The position numbers and the translations under genes are program-made. A DNA stretch of 63,663 nucleotides, filler included. It is 20 parts of 20 records of this genome, joined end to end, with 100 filler letters (N's around TTAATTAATTAA, not from the genome) between each part and the next. Parts side by side here need not be neighbours in the genome. Positions count along the whole stretch, not along the records: positions 45,850 to 48,070 come from SRR16133337_99504; positions 48,171 to 51,979 come from SRR16133337_99529; positions 52,080 to 54,251 come from SRR16133337_99534; positions 54,352 to 56,441 come from SRR16133337_99590; positions 56,542 to 58,599 come from SRR16133337_99839; 15 more parts are not named here. One strand, given 5' to 3'. The notes under the pieces are model-generated. The model searched no databases, was not told the origin of the DNA, and worked only from the letters and a program-made list of their open reading frames with translations. Positions 45,750-58,081 of the stretch are shown here, in pieces. How positions within the stretch are numbered: position 1 is the first letter of the stretch; each line of letters starts with the position of its first letter.

Positions 45750-48700
45750 NNNNNNNNNNNNNNNNNNNNNNNNNNNNNNNNNNNNNNNNNNNNTTAATTA
45801 ATTAANNNNNNNNNNNNNNNNNNNNNNNNNNNNNNNNNNNNNNNNNNNNCGCAAAAAATAGCTCCGCATTTTTTGAAAAATGCGAAAAATTGCTCTATCT
45901 CGAAAACGGCACCAGAAAATTTTTTTTAACTTCGTATCTTACCTCATATTGTCCACACCTTCACATTTCAACTTGACTTGAAAATGTGCTTCTCATTTTT
46001 TTTGTTGCCTGACATTTTTTGTCACCAAGCGAAGTGTCGACTCCATCGCATTTTTTTCTCCGTTAGATGAACGACTCAAACAGGCGAACGAGCATCCGTT
46101 CGCCATCTGCTGTGCCCTGTTGAGGTTGAGATTCTTCGCTTATGATTTTGCAAAATTCACCTTTGTGCGATCACTCTGGAGGACAAAGACCTGAAGAAGC
46201 GGCCCCAGTGAATGCGGAGGCTGAGCAATGTACTTTTTCGAGTGGCGCTATATAGTCGGCCAACGCACCAAACCCTTCGAGCTTCCACAGCTGCAGGTAC
46301 TGAGAATGTAGTGTCGTTAACGAGACAAACACAAACAAACAAGTCTTTTTCCTTGCTTGATTCTTCTTGCTTGAATTGCTCTCACATATCGTAATTGCTT
46401 ACAGCAACAGACAGAAGGAAACATTCTACTCAAGCACTGCGGTCTGTCAAATTGTGGCAGAAAAAAGGGAAACAACCACAAATTTGAGGGAAAAAAATGC
46501 GAGAGTTCGAAATATTCTCAAACCAAAATCTTGATTTGAAATGTCACAATCGAGTCGTCATATTTCTGCCCAAACTCCCATTTCACAAAGTCCTGTCCAC
46601 TGTTCTTCAAAAGGAAAAAAAATGGGTTTTTTGTGGTGGTTATTTGCTTTTTTCATACAGTAGCAATTTAACTCTGATTTTCAGTTTGTTTTAACCTCCA
46701 ACAAGCTAGAAGTACACTCCATACCTTTATTGGTAAATCATACATAGAATAAATCGAATCCATGGTCAGGTTCCTTTTTTATTTGAGAAATTGTGGAGAT
46801 GTACAATTTCCCTTAGCAAGAACACTTACCACACCCCCACTCTCACATCACTATTTTTTTGTAAGATGTGTTCTAGAGTGCATGTTAATCAAAATTCAGA
46901 AAGATTCATTTCGAAACGAATTTGTCAGAAAGACCATATTTCTAAAAATTAGTGGAAAATCAATTTTATGGATGGCATTTTTGTTTGGCATGAAAAAACA
47001 ATTTGTCCCTACTTTCTTTAAAGAACGTCCATACTGCTCTGACAAAGCCGATTTTTAGGGACATGTGTTCAACAAAGAAAATGTATGCGTTGTTTTTGAG
47101 AGAAGGTGAACAAACAATTTTAAAAAATCGTTTTCAAATCCTGTAAGGTATCGGACACCACATATCAGGAAGCTTTCAAAATGCTAAAATATTATGGCCA
47201 TTTGGGAATATTGGAAACACAAAACTGTTTTTCTCTGTCAAATATATTTTCTAATATTTCTGTTGTGCCTGGAGAATACTTTCAAAAAAATGGCTTGCTA
47301 AGTTTCCTAAATTTAAGGTTTTTCATCAAATATACAAAAATATGCGTTGGGTGGGTTTCTTAGGACAAAAAAAGCAAATTTTTGGGGAGTGTGGCGGACA
47401 AAAAATATTGTTTGAAAACAAGAAAAGTGGGCTGTGAGTGGTCGCACATGAACGAAAAACACACACTCTACAAAAACCAAGCAGTGCACATTTTTTGTTC
47501 CGAAAATGTGAGTGGAGAAGTGTCATTATCTTGTGCTGGGATGTCCTGTGACACCCAAAAATCGTGGTTGCGTTTTGAAAATGGATCTCAGTTTGCAATG
47601 CGAGTTATGGTTTGTGATGAGCAGCTTGAGGGTTAAATAATTTACAGTCTTTAAACTCCACCACGATATAATGAAAATGAATCCGGGAACTTCATGCTCA
47701 TTTTTGATGTGTTCGAAAAAAAGCAGAGATACAATGTTGGTTCGCGTAAAAGTCTCGTGGAAGTTTTTTGTGGTTAACCCCAAAAATATTTTTCTGCGAC
47801 AAAAGCAAATTGTGAACTGTGGTTTATAATTTTCACGGGTTGAGGGCGGATTTAATTATAAAAAACGGAGAATTGGAATTTCCATTGTGAGGTGCCTTTG
47901 TTCGAAAATTCCAAAAACAATGGAAATGTACACGTTCACTACGACTTTTTTTATGAGATAAAATACGTTAGAAAATTACTAATATTATATTATATGCAAG
48001 AGAATCTTTTACAACCCCATTTACCACCTCCACCACCAACATCTTTCATTTGGTCATTTACTTGTTTCGTNNNNNNNNNNNNNNNNNNNNNNNNNNNNNN
48101 NNNNNNNNNNNNNNTTAATTAATTAANNNNNNNNNNNNNNNNNNNNNNNNNNNNNNNNNNNNNNNNNNNNAGACCACAAGTACCACTGGAGCAACTACAC
48201 TAGTAATACAATTGCAATAAGAAATTTGTGTGCGCATTGCTGTTTTGCTTACGTTGTGAAACCTTAACTTACAATAATTTTGAGAAACACGGTGAGGAAA
48301 GAATAAAAATTGTATATGACGTGTCCTGGTGAGACACAGCTCTGTAGATTGGGTTAAAAGCCTCACCGACACGTTTTGAGCTATGTTTTGGAATTTCATG
48401 CGGTTGTCACCATTTCACTGGAAATGCTCTCTAATGGCTACTAGAGTAACCAAATAAAAATATTGCTGAAAACAATGGATTTCAAAGTTAGTTGGCGTGT
48501 TGTCACACATTGTTTGGTCTTTTTTCTTTTGTTTTGACACTGAAATGACGCACACCTTTTTTCAGTTGCTTTTGAGCAGAGAATTTTGATTTTTCTCCAC
48601 TGATTTGCAAAACGTACAAAAATAAATAAATTGGAAGTCCATTTTGCGAAACCGAGAAAATGTTACCATCTTTCTCCACAAGAATAACGCTGCTAAGGTT

Positions 48701-48926
48701 TCTTTCTCAACTTGAATATTTATTCGACTAAACTCTTCAATAAAAACTCCCTTACAAGTCCATTGATCACTCAACTTATCCTAAACACACAAAAATTAAC
48801 ACAAAAATTAACATACAATTCTGGCAAATGATATCCCTTTACGCGCTATCCAACACATAAATTATGTCCATACATAATTTACAACCAAAGAAGATAATGG
48901 AATCAAATTAAAATCGTCCAAGGATA

Positions 48927-49331
48927 TATATGACCACTTCCAGGACACCCTGCAGAAAAAATGATCGTCGTTCAATCGCTTGTCAGGCCGGCAGAAGACA
49001 AAAGCTCCACAAATGACCCATCTCAATCGTTTCACAGGCCATGTCTGACCAATCTGGTGAAGACTTTTTCCAAAAAAACTCAAGATTTCAGGATTCCAAT
49101 TTTTCGTGGAACACACAGAAATCTGCTATTTTTAGATTCCAACTCGCTTTAGTGAACGATTTCAACCCACTGTGTGTCAGACACACGAAAAACGCATAAA
49201 GTTTTTTTCAAAAGAGAAAAAGTTGCTCTGGAAGCGGCGCTATCGGCTCCGGAAGGAGTACTAAATTTTTGCATTGAAACCAGGCGGGAATTGAATTTGC
49301 CTATGCAGGGTGTCCTGGAAGTGGTCATATA
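48927..49331. repeat. Perfect 28-bp inverted repeat pair, MITE-like (405 bp)
   Basis: TATATGACCACTTCCAGGACACCCTGCA at 48927-48954 and its exact reverse complement at 49304-49331. Confidence 0.8.
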
Positions 49332-50203
49332 CGGCCAATCAGAACAATTCTTTCTAAATTAACTTTGTGTTATTTTGTCAAACGTAGATTCGACACAAGC
49401 TCAGTCTACCAAAAGCACCCTTTCTTTCCAGGGAAAAAAAAGTCACAACACTCTTTTCCTTTCTGGGGTTTCTCTTCAAAAAGGATTTTCATCGTTTTAA
49501 AATTCACTTTCCCCTCAGCTTTCAAAAGAGTGGGAGTGCTTCACAACGTGACTTACTTGATACAAGCTGTTCTCCAGATCCAGATTGACGATGTGCAGGG
49601 GCGCCCGTTGGAAATTCAGCTGCTCTGTCACGCAAATAGTAAAAAATAATCCAGATCCCTTCGTAAGCCAGAAAAAGTATGCCAAATACGACTCCTAAAC
49701 ACAAAATGTATGCTAATTTCTCATTCAAAATGTAATAGCACATCGTCACCACTCAACTTCAGGTAATGACTTCACTATCCCATGTCACCTCCAAAAACGA
49801 AAATCCATGATAAAAATATTATGTTTCTTGTGTGCCATGCAAATACAAAATTGTGGGATAGTTGTCAGGAAAATTATGTCTTTTGCAGTGTCAGTGTTAT
49901 TGTTTCCAAAAATTCTTATTAATTCCGCATTTTTGGAATTTGACACAAGTATCACTTCACAAAATGATAAAATATGACTGTTATCGAAAGGGTAATAAGA
50001 GGATTTGCCTGTTTTGTGAATAAAAATTAAATTTTTAGCGACACTGACGTCAAATTTGAGCTTCATTGAGTCATTTTCGCAGTATGACGTCATTTGACAA
50101 GTGTTTGACGCAAAAGCGCAGGTTTTATGAATCTTTTGCGAGGTTTCGCATCCATGATTTTCTAACCTCATTTCCGAAAATTATCGCACAACAAAAAAGC
50201 TAA

Positions 50204-50666
50204 ATATGGCGGTTTCCACGAAAACGTTCCCACCCCTTCGATTTTTCAAAAAACACTTACCCGCAAAGTTGCTGCGCGATGGCGGAATTTTTCAGTTGGT
50301 GTGCAAATTTTTCCTCAGGTTTTGCAAGGGGGAAAAACGCGCTTTTTTATGAAAATGAAAAAAACCTCCGCCCATGTTTTCTCGCCGACCATTTACGGTA
50401 CAAAAAAAAGATTTCAGTTTTGAAGAACCGTGCGCAAGGCCACGGGCTTTTCGTGCAAAGAAAATTGAGAGAGCTTTTCTTTGCTGGTCTGAAAAAAATT
50501 TGGAATCCAAAAAGTGGGAATCTGAAAAAGCAATTTCAACACTTTGGTGGCCTTGGAGTGTTCAACATGTACACAAAATTTCAAATTCGAAGCACTTTCT
50601 CCAAAACCTCCAGACACACATTCATATTTTCCCATTTTGGGAACCTTTTCGTGGAAAACGCCATAT
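50204..50666. mobile_element. Putative MITE with 29-bp TIRs (2 mismatches), TA-flanked
   Basis: ATATGGCGGTTTCCACGAAAACGTTCCCA (50204-50232) vs TGGGAACCTTTTCGTGGAAAACGCCATAT (50638-50666); no convincing coding interior. Confidence 0.65.
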
Positions 50667-51721
50667 GTTATAATATGGGTTTTCTACTGCTTGTTCACCC
50701 ACCCCACCTCCTTGTCATTCCTCCATAAAGATAATCATCCCCTCCCATCACCGCATCACAATGTTAAAAACTTATACAATGTGCAAGTATTGAATACGCT
50801 ACATACCGGGAGTCAATATCTTCCGTGTCACAAATGATATTCCAATGGCAAGAATACAAATATGCATAATTCCCCTCGCGATGATCTAAACAAGAAAAAA
50901 TCAAGAACAATGAGTGGTTGCACATTACAATACTCCGAAAAAACTTTAATTTTACTCAAGCTAATCTCCTAAAAACCCACTGGAGACGTGTTTATCGAGC
51001 AAGCATTCTCCGTTTACTTTTTTGCAACAATTTTGTTCTGTGAAGACCCTACTGCATGCCATTTCCCACTAAAGCCTGAAATATCAACCCACTTGAAACT
51101 TTTATTTGATGGAAAAGGACGGACTTGTTTTGCGAATATTTTATTTTTTGAGCATTTTGGCATATTTGCAATTTTGATATGTCAACACAGCACTTCCATT
51201 ACATCCTCCAATAAAGATGGAAATCGATTTTAAATCGATTATGACTTTTGATAATCGAGCGTCGAGTTTCCATCTTTACCTCCAACAAATGACGTCAAAT
51301 TTGATTATTTTGAAACCGTCATACTGCTGTACAAAAGACTTTCCAGGTATGACAAATTTTGCAACCACCCCACCCACAACCCTGCGAAAGACAAAAGACA
51401 CACCCAGAACAGGGTTTGCAAAAAAATGTTGCGTCTCACAAACACAATTTTGAATGCGACATTTCCACGTCAAATGCGATTATTTTTGCCTATTTTTTTT
51501 CTGTACGTAATTGCGAATATTGCAAAAAATTCTTTACAAACTTATGTTTCTGCCATGCATTTAAAAAAAAACGTGAAGTGTCCAAAAAAATGCGCACATG
51601 GTGTGATGACGTCGCAATTGCGAACATGACAACTGTCGCATTTTTTTATGCGCAAAAGACACTTGACCGACTTTATCCGTTTTCCAAACCAACCTCCGGA
51701 CCACCCAAAAATACGTTTTAC

Positions 51722-51979
51722 CTCAGGAGGATTGTCCTCATTTTCAAACAGCGTGTTGTAGTAGTACAGTTGCCCAATAGAGAGGACCAACAATAGTCCA
51801 CGATGAACAACATCACTCCAAAACAGCCCGTCCTCGATAGAATCAGAAATTGCGTTTGGGTTTGAGAGGTTTGTTCCCTCAACAGAAATAGTTGTGTGGT
51901 TGGAATGGGTGATGAAAGGCACCACCAAGAGAATCAGAAAATGCAACCCCCAAAGCCAGAGGAAGGCGTCATAACGGTA
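51722..51979 (-). CDS. Eukaryotic exon of a probable membrane protein (further candidate exons ~49557-49750 and ~48667-48780)
   Basis: Open frame with two hydrophobic segments ending at a GAG|GTAAAA donor. Confidence 0.35.
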
Positions 51980-54394
51980 NNNNNNNNNNNNNNNNNNNNN
52001 NNNNNNNNNNNNNNNNNNNNNNNTTAATTAATTAANNNNNNNNNNNNNNNNNNNNNNNNNNNNNNNNNNNNNNNNNNNNAGTTCACCAAGTAACCCCCAC
52101 CACTCCCCTCTCCTCAACCATTTTTTAAAATTATTCTTTATTTCAATACTCTTGATACAAATATCAATTTCATGACGTAGCCTTCCCATAATACCACCCA
52201 TCGCGCACACCCCTCACCCCCTCCCTCCAGCGCCCCATCCGGCGTTGGTAAAGAGCAAAACAAATTTTCAATACCTCACGACGGAATACTATGGTAAGGA
52301 AAACGTTACGAGCTTGTCCTAAATTGAACATAGCAATGTAATGTATATAACCCAAGTATGTAAAGAAGTTGATGTTTTTTTCGTAAATCCGCACTGTAAC
52401 AAATTTAAATTGAATAAGATTTCTTTTCCATGCAGGAAAAAGAGAGAATTTTGCTTGAATTTTGCTAACACCCCTGCAAGTACATAAATGCACTCTTCCT
52501 CGAGGAAAACGAACAAACAAACAATAATTTAGTTTCCAAAAAATATGTGAGTATTTTAAAGTGCGACATACCGCACATTGAATCATCAACTTGAAGCAGC
52601 TGGATAGCGTCACCATTGTCTAAATTTTAAACGCACACAAATGCGTTATATTACACAGCAATCAATGCTAAACAATACAAGAACTAAGACATTTATAAAC
52701 CACGCACTCCCCAATCTCAACAACTAAATTCTTCAAAAATTGTCATTTGTTTTTATAATGTTTTGTATTTGAAATCACAACAAAAAGGCGCGTTGTGGTG
52801 ACGGAGTATGCTGGGTGTGGAGTTATGGGAGTGCGTAGAAGTGTAGAATGGGTAACAAGAGGTTACCACATTAATTTTGGCGCTGAAATTTTTTGTGTTT
52901 CATTTTGAACGTCCCAAATGTGTAGGGTAAAACTTGACATGTAAGAAATTTACCATATATACAAAATAAAAGGCAATGCCCAACAGCCCAGGTTTTTTTT
53001 CCCTTCAAAACTTGAATTCTTAAGGTTTGTGTACAGAAAAATAGCAGCACAACACTTAAAAATATAAACAATGCCATTTACTTTGTTTCAAGACCAAGTA
53101 CACTTCCGTTACTTTCACTTTCACGGTTGATTTCTTACAACCGAGCACCACCTAAAGGCGAGGTAAATTTTTACAGGTTGATTTCTTATAGATCAGATTT
53201 TGATGGAGTTTTACAGGAAATAAAGCGAAAATTTGCTTTCTCCAAAATTATTTGGAAAAAAAAAGAAACAATTTACCTAACCACCAAAAATTGTTATGTG
53301 AAATACTCTTCGAAAAATATAATCATCCATTCTGCCTCAAAAACTCACATAACATTTATAACGTGATAACGATGGACCAGTGGATTTCATTTGCAGGTTC
53401 TAACGTTTTAAAAAATTTTCGTAACAATTCCTCGTTTTTTTGCCTGCAACTACTCAATTCTCAGCAAGTCAAACTTATCACAAAAAACGAAAGATCAAGT
53501 TGTAAATTGAAAAAAGTTTTGAAAGTAAAGATACCATCTGTAAACTGAAATCTAGTGAAAAAACTTTACAAAAGTTGAATATTGACTTTTCACTCTTTAA
53601 ACTTCAACCAAATAATCTAAACCGATCGAAATCCACCAAATATCGGCTCGCACACAGACCACCACACTCCCTCCAAAAAATTTCCATCTCACAAAACATT
53701 GATGGTTTTTTTCACAAATTTCGGGCCAAGCATACAACTAACCTTGAGCAATTGTCGTAAACTTAAAACATTTTGTACAATTTCCGCCCCTGACGACTTC
53801 GAATTTTGAAAAATAGTTGTTTTGGGGTAGAACTCAATATTTTATCCAAATTGGTGTAACGTGATTTTAGTTTCGGTGCTGAACTCCCACACACCATCTG
53901 CCATCTGAAAACGTTAGCACACCCGCAAAAAACACAGTTAGTCCTTTCAGTATAAACCGTTTGAGGTATAAGTTTTTAAAAAAACAACACACAAAACTTT
54001 ACAGTAATTTTCCATATTTGCAAAATCATATCCTTATTTCTCTTTGGTGTATTGTCACAAATTTGATTCTAAAGTTTGAAAAAGTGAAATAAAAATATGT
54101 AAATTTGAACACACTCCAAATGCCCAAGCCCACAAACACACAAACAAAGATATTCAAATGTACAAAATGTTATTCACAAATTTCAAAAATTCTAAATCTT
54201 CGAAAAAAAATACATACTTCCATTTCCGTCAACAACGTGAATTTCATCACCNNNNNNNNNNNNNNNNNNNNNNNNNNNNNNNNNNNNNNNNNNNNTTAAT
54301 TAATTAANNNNNNNNNNNNNNNNNNNNNNNNNNNNNNNNNNNNNNNNNNNNTTTCACTTTTCATTTTTGCCTGCTGCCTATAGCCAAAAAAACC

Positions 54395-54429
54395 GCTAAA
54401 AATCTAGGTTTCTAGGAGAACCTAGTATA
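54395..54429 (-). repeat. Dispersed element, copy 5, overlapping the recQ 3' end
   Basis: Minus strand TATACT aggttctc CTAGAAACC TAGATTTTTAG. Confidence 0.65.
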
Positions 54430-56310
54430 TCTATTCCCACTTGTGATGGTAATTCTGTTTTCTTCTAAAAGGAGTTGCAAAGTTCTTAAAATTAAGGTTT
54501 CTCTTTCCTTTAATTGTATGGTAATTTCTCTTGAGGAAAGTTCTTTGTTTTTTGAAAGAAGTGTAAGGATTCCGTCTATAATTCTTAAAGAAGAAGTTTT
54601 ATCGCTTCCTTTTTTTTCAATACAAACGTCACAAATACCACAATCGCTCGTTTTTTCTTCATCAAAATACGCTAACAACTGCTTACTTCTACAGATAGAA
54701 GAGTTTTCAATAAATTCTAGTAATTTTTTAGCCTTTGTTTCTTTGTGTATTTGATGTTTTACAATCCTTTTTGAAATCCTATTAATTGTCTTTTCATCTT
54801 CTCTTGGAACTAAAAAATGAATAGAGGCATTGTTCGTTGCTGGGATAAATTTTATAAGCCCTTCCTTTTGAAGCTTTTCCAAAGCCCATCTCAACTCTTT
54901 TTTGCTAAGATTTGTTTTTTTAGAAATGCTATATTCATGGATGACTACAAAATTTTCAAAGCTTCCCCCATAACTTCTAAGGATCGTTTTTATAAGGTTG
55001 TTTATCGAAGGATGTTTAGAGGCATAGTCTAAGACATTTTTACTGGTTGTAATGAGTTTTAAATACGATTTTTTTTGAGATGCTTCATTAAATTGTAAAA
55101 CCCCTTCAATATCTAACGTTTTAAGGGTGTTATATGTTGGCAGAAATGGTAAGTTGTAGCTGTTACAAAAATCATTCAAATTAAAATCAAGTGATTTCTC
55201 TAGAAGCTCTCCTTTACTTATCTTAAAATATTGATTCAGTTGAAAGTATATTTTTTTTATAAAATCAATAGAAAGTTTTTGTTTCGCCATTGTTTTGTTA
55301 AATGCCAATAGATCATTCTGATTTTTTAAAGTAACAGAAAAAGCCTTTTTTCCATCTCTTCCTCCCCTGCCTGCTTCTTGCATATAGTTTTCAATGCTAT
55401 TGGGAAGTTTTATATGAAGAACTACACGAATGTTTGGCTTGTCAATTCCCATTCCAAAAGCATTTGTGGCAACCATAATCAAGGAGCTTTCAGCATACCA
55501 CTTGTCATAAGCCTCTTTTTTTTCATCTGTAGATAAGCCCCCATGATAAAAGGTGCTACTAAAACCTTCTTGATTTAAAAATTCACTTATTTTTTTGGTT
55601 TCATTTCTGGTATTTGTATAAATGATGGCAGGAGCGATTATTTTTGTAAGAATCTGTTTTATTTTGAAAAACTTGTCTTCAACTTCAAAAACCTGATAAG
55701 CTAAATTCTCCCTTTTAAAAGAATTTTTATAAATAAGGGCATCTTCTAGTTTCAAATGTTTGGAAAGATCCTTTAAAACTTTATTTGTTGCAGAAGCCGT
55801 TAACGCAATTGTATTTGCATTTGGACACAATTCTCTAAGAACCTCTAATTGCAAATAAGAAGGTCTAAAATCATGCCCCCATTCAGAAATGCAATGTGCT
55901 TCATCTATGGCAATTAAAGAAATATCCAACTGCTTTATTTTATCTTGAATAAATTTAGATTGAAGCTTTTCAGGAGATAGATATAAGAATTTGATCGCAT
56001 TGTATCGAATATTATCAAAAAATACAACCGTTTCATTTTGAGATAAAGCTCTGTTTAGTGCCACAGCCTTGATGTTTTTCTGATGTAAACTATCCATTTG
56101 ATCTTGCATTAAAGCTAACAAAGGTGAAATAACAAGGCAAATGCCTTCCTGTAATAAAGCAGGAATCTGATAACAAATAGATTTTCCTCCGCCTGTAGGA
56201 AGGAGTACAATCGCATTTTTTTTATCCAATACAGAAGTAATGATTTCTTCTTGTAGAGGTCTAAAAGTAGGATAACCCCATTTTTTTTGTAATAGGTCAA
56301 TAGCTGTCAT
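54412..56310 (-). CDS. recQ: RecQ-family ATP-dependent DNA helicase (Bacteroidetes-type paralog)
   Basis: PTGGGKSICYQ, IDEAHCISEWGHDFRPSY, ATNAFGMGIDK, QEAGRGGRDG, zinc motif CR...YF.E....CGICDVC. Confidence 0.93.
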   Translation of the reverse strand: MTAIDLLQKKWGYPTFRPLQEEIITSVLDKKNAIVLLPTGGGKSICYQIPALLQEGICLVISPLLALMQDQMDSLHQKNIKAVALNRALSQNETVVFFDNIRYNAIKFLYLSPEKLQSKFIQDKIKQLDISLIAIDEAHCISEWGHDFRPSYLQLEVLRELCPNANTIALTASATNKVLKDLSKHLKLEDALIYKNSFKRENLAYQVFEVEDKFFKIKQILTKIIAPAIIYTNTRNETKKISEFLNQEGFSSTFYHGGLSTDEKKEAYDKWYAESSLIMVATNAFGMGIDKPNIRVVLHIKLPNSIENYMQEAGRGGRDGKKAFSVTLKNQNDLLAFNKTMAKQKLSIDFIKKIYFQLNQYFKISKGELLEKSLDFNLNDFCNSYNLPFLPTYNTLKTLDIEGVLQFNEASQKKSYLKLITTSKNVLDYASKHPSINNLIKTILRSYGGSFENFVVIHEYSISKKTNLSKKELRWALEKLQKEGLIKFIPATNNASIHFLVPREDEKTINRISKRIVKHQIHKETKAKKLLEFIENSSICRSKQLLAYFDEEKTSDCGICDVCIEKKGSDKTSSLRIIDGILTLLSKNKELSSREITIQLKERETLILRTLQLLLEENRITITSGNRYTRFS

Positions 56311-56389
56311 CAAATTAAAAAAAGGGATTCAATACTTTGTACATAGGGTTGTGTTTTATCTTTAGCGACACAAATATCGATAATTTATG

Positions 56390-56432
56390 TATACGTCGCC
56401 CCCTTAGAAAACCAAAAATTTTAGGCTTGCTA
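56390..56432 (+). repeat. Dispersed element, copy 6 (near contig end)
   Basis: TATACG tcgccccc TTAGAAAACC AAAAATTTTAGGCTTGCTA; tail identical to copy 4. Confidence 0.8.
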
Positions 56433-58081
56433 TTTTTGTTGNNNNNNNNNNNNNNNNNNNNNNNNNNNNNNNNNNNNNNNNNNNNTTAATTAATTAANNN
56501 NNNNNNNNNNNNNNNNNNNNNNNNNNNNNNNNNNNNNNNNNTTTTGAAAATAAAGACCCTTGAATGGTGAGTGGGTGGGTGGGTGTGTGTGTTGTGTGTA
56601 TGTGTGTGAGTAGGGAGTTGTTACGGTGTGGATTATTCATTGATACGGTCTGTACCCGGGCGGATTCGTAACTCGAGAGTACTCGCGAGTAATAACAAAA
56701 AGTTCAACTGTGCCACCTCTGGTTACACAACACTCCCGAAAGTTCTGAAATCAGAATATTATATCATACAGACGCATACGAAGCATTAAACATTTGTTGT
56801 CGTGTCGTGTATCAACGAATTGTTTTTTGCGTTTGCCTCCCACTCGTTGAGGCTAAAACTTGCAATTCATGAAAACCATTTACTCGCGAATGGCCGGGTG
56901 GAAGCTTTCATTACCCTGGCAAGCAACACTTGCGAGTGCCTGGGGGCACTCGCGGCATCCTCAAGAAAATCCCCAAACACATAACTTTCTTGTTGACAAT
57001 TTAAGGGATAGCGGAATTTTTTCTCACCACAATTATTATCCAACTCAAAAAGCACCATAGCTTTTTTAAAACAAAAAAATTAATTCCAACAAAAAGGAAA
57101 ATGAGCTTTCTAAATTCCACTACCACACTCAACATTCCACAAATTGACCTTTCCAAAACGCTGATAGGTTCATGATCAATATTAAAATATTTGAAAATAA
57201 GGTCCCTAACGCTCCAGTTAAAATAAAACACTCCTCATATTCACTGCTAAACACCAGGAGCTTTTTTTCGTTATCAATATTTTGGATTCCACACACAGCC
57301 CAACTTTCCACCACAATCTGAAAACATTCCCTCTACTCACCACTCTGCTCGCGCTGTTGCCGTGTGATCGACTGGGACTCTACTGTTTGTGAAAGCTCCT
57401 GTTGTGATCCCATCTCATCCATCTCTATGGTGTCCAGCTGCGACTGCGATCTGTCCATTGTGCCTTGTACTCGCACCTCTCGCTGCGTGGACGAGCAATT
57501 ACCTCACGTCCGTGGCTCGGCCGGTTTTATCGCAAAAAATTTTGTTGTGGAGATGATTCCCGACCAAACTAAGAAAGAGGCGCGACAAGAAAAAAAGTTT
57601 TAACGACTAATTTTTGGATTCCACTTTTCCAAAGAATTGTACACTGTACCCTAATCATCTTTTGATCAGGTCAAGGGTTCAGTACAAGTTAGAGCGCGAA
57701 AGCCAAGTGAAATTCTTTGGCAGATCGACTCCTGGACTCAGAGTGGCAGCAAAAACAAAATTGTCCACCCCCAAAATCAGAAAATGACAGGTGTACGTGG
57801 AAATGGCAGGACAAAGCGACAAAACTGGCCATGAAAGACGGTGTGGCTCTACACGAGCGGTAGGTAGCATCATTTCAACGGTTACCCAGAAATTCACATA
57901 TTTTTTCACTTTTGAGGTCTTCACTTTTCGCTTGTCATTCAGTGCCAACGTTTTCGTTCAGCACTAACCTTACCCTAACTAAAATCCAGTTTATTTTTTC
58001 GCGTTTTCTCACGCACTCCGAATTTTGATTTTTGCAACCAAACCTTTTTCCTTCGCGCATTTGTTGAGAAACTGTAAAAAA

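Noticed and set aside
52080..54251. Many short ORFs in the AT-rich eukaryotic contigs (also 45850-48070 and 59500-61486)
   Set aside because: They have Phe/Lys/Cys-rich random composition and no motifs, consistent with intronic or intergenic DNA.
56650..56905. Palindrome TACTCGCGAGTA with a partial inverted copy
   Set aside because: Too short and degenerate to call as a TIR element.
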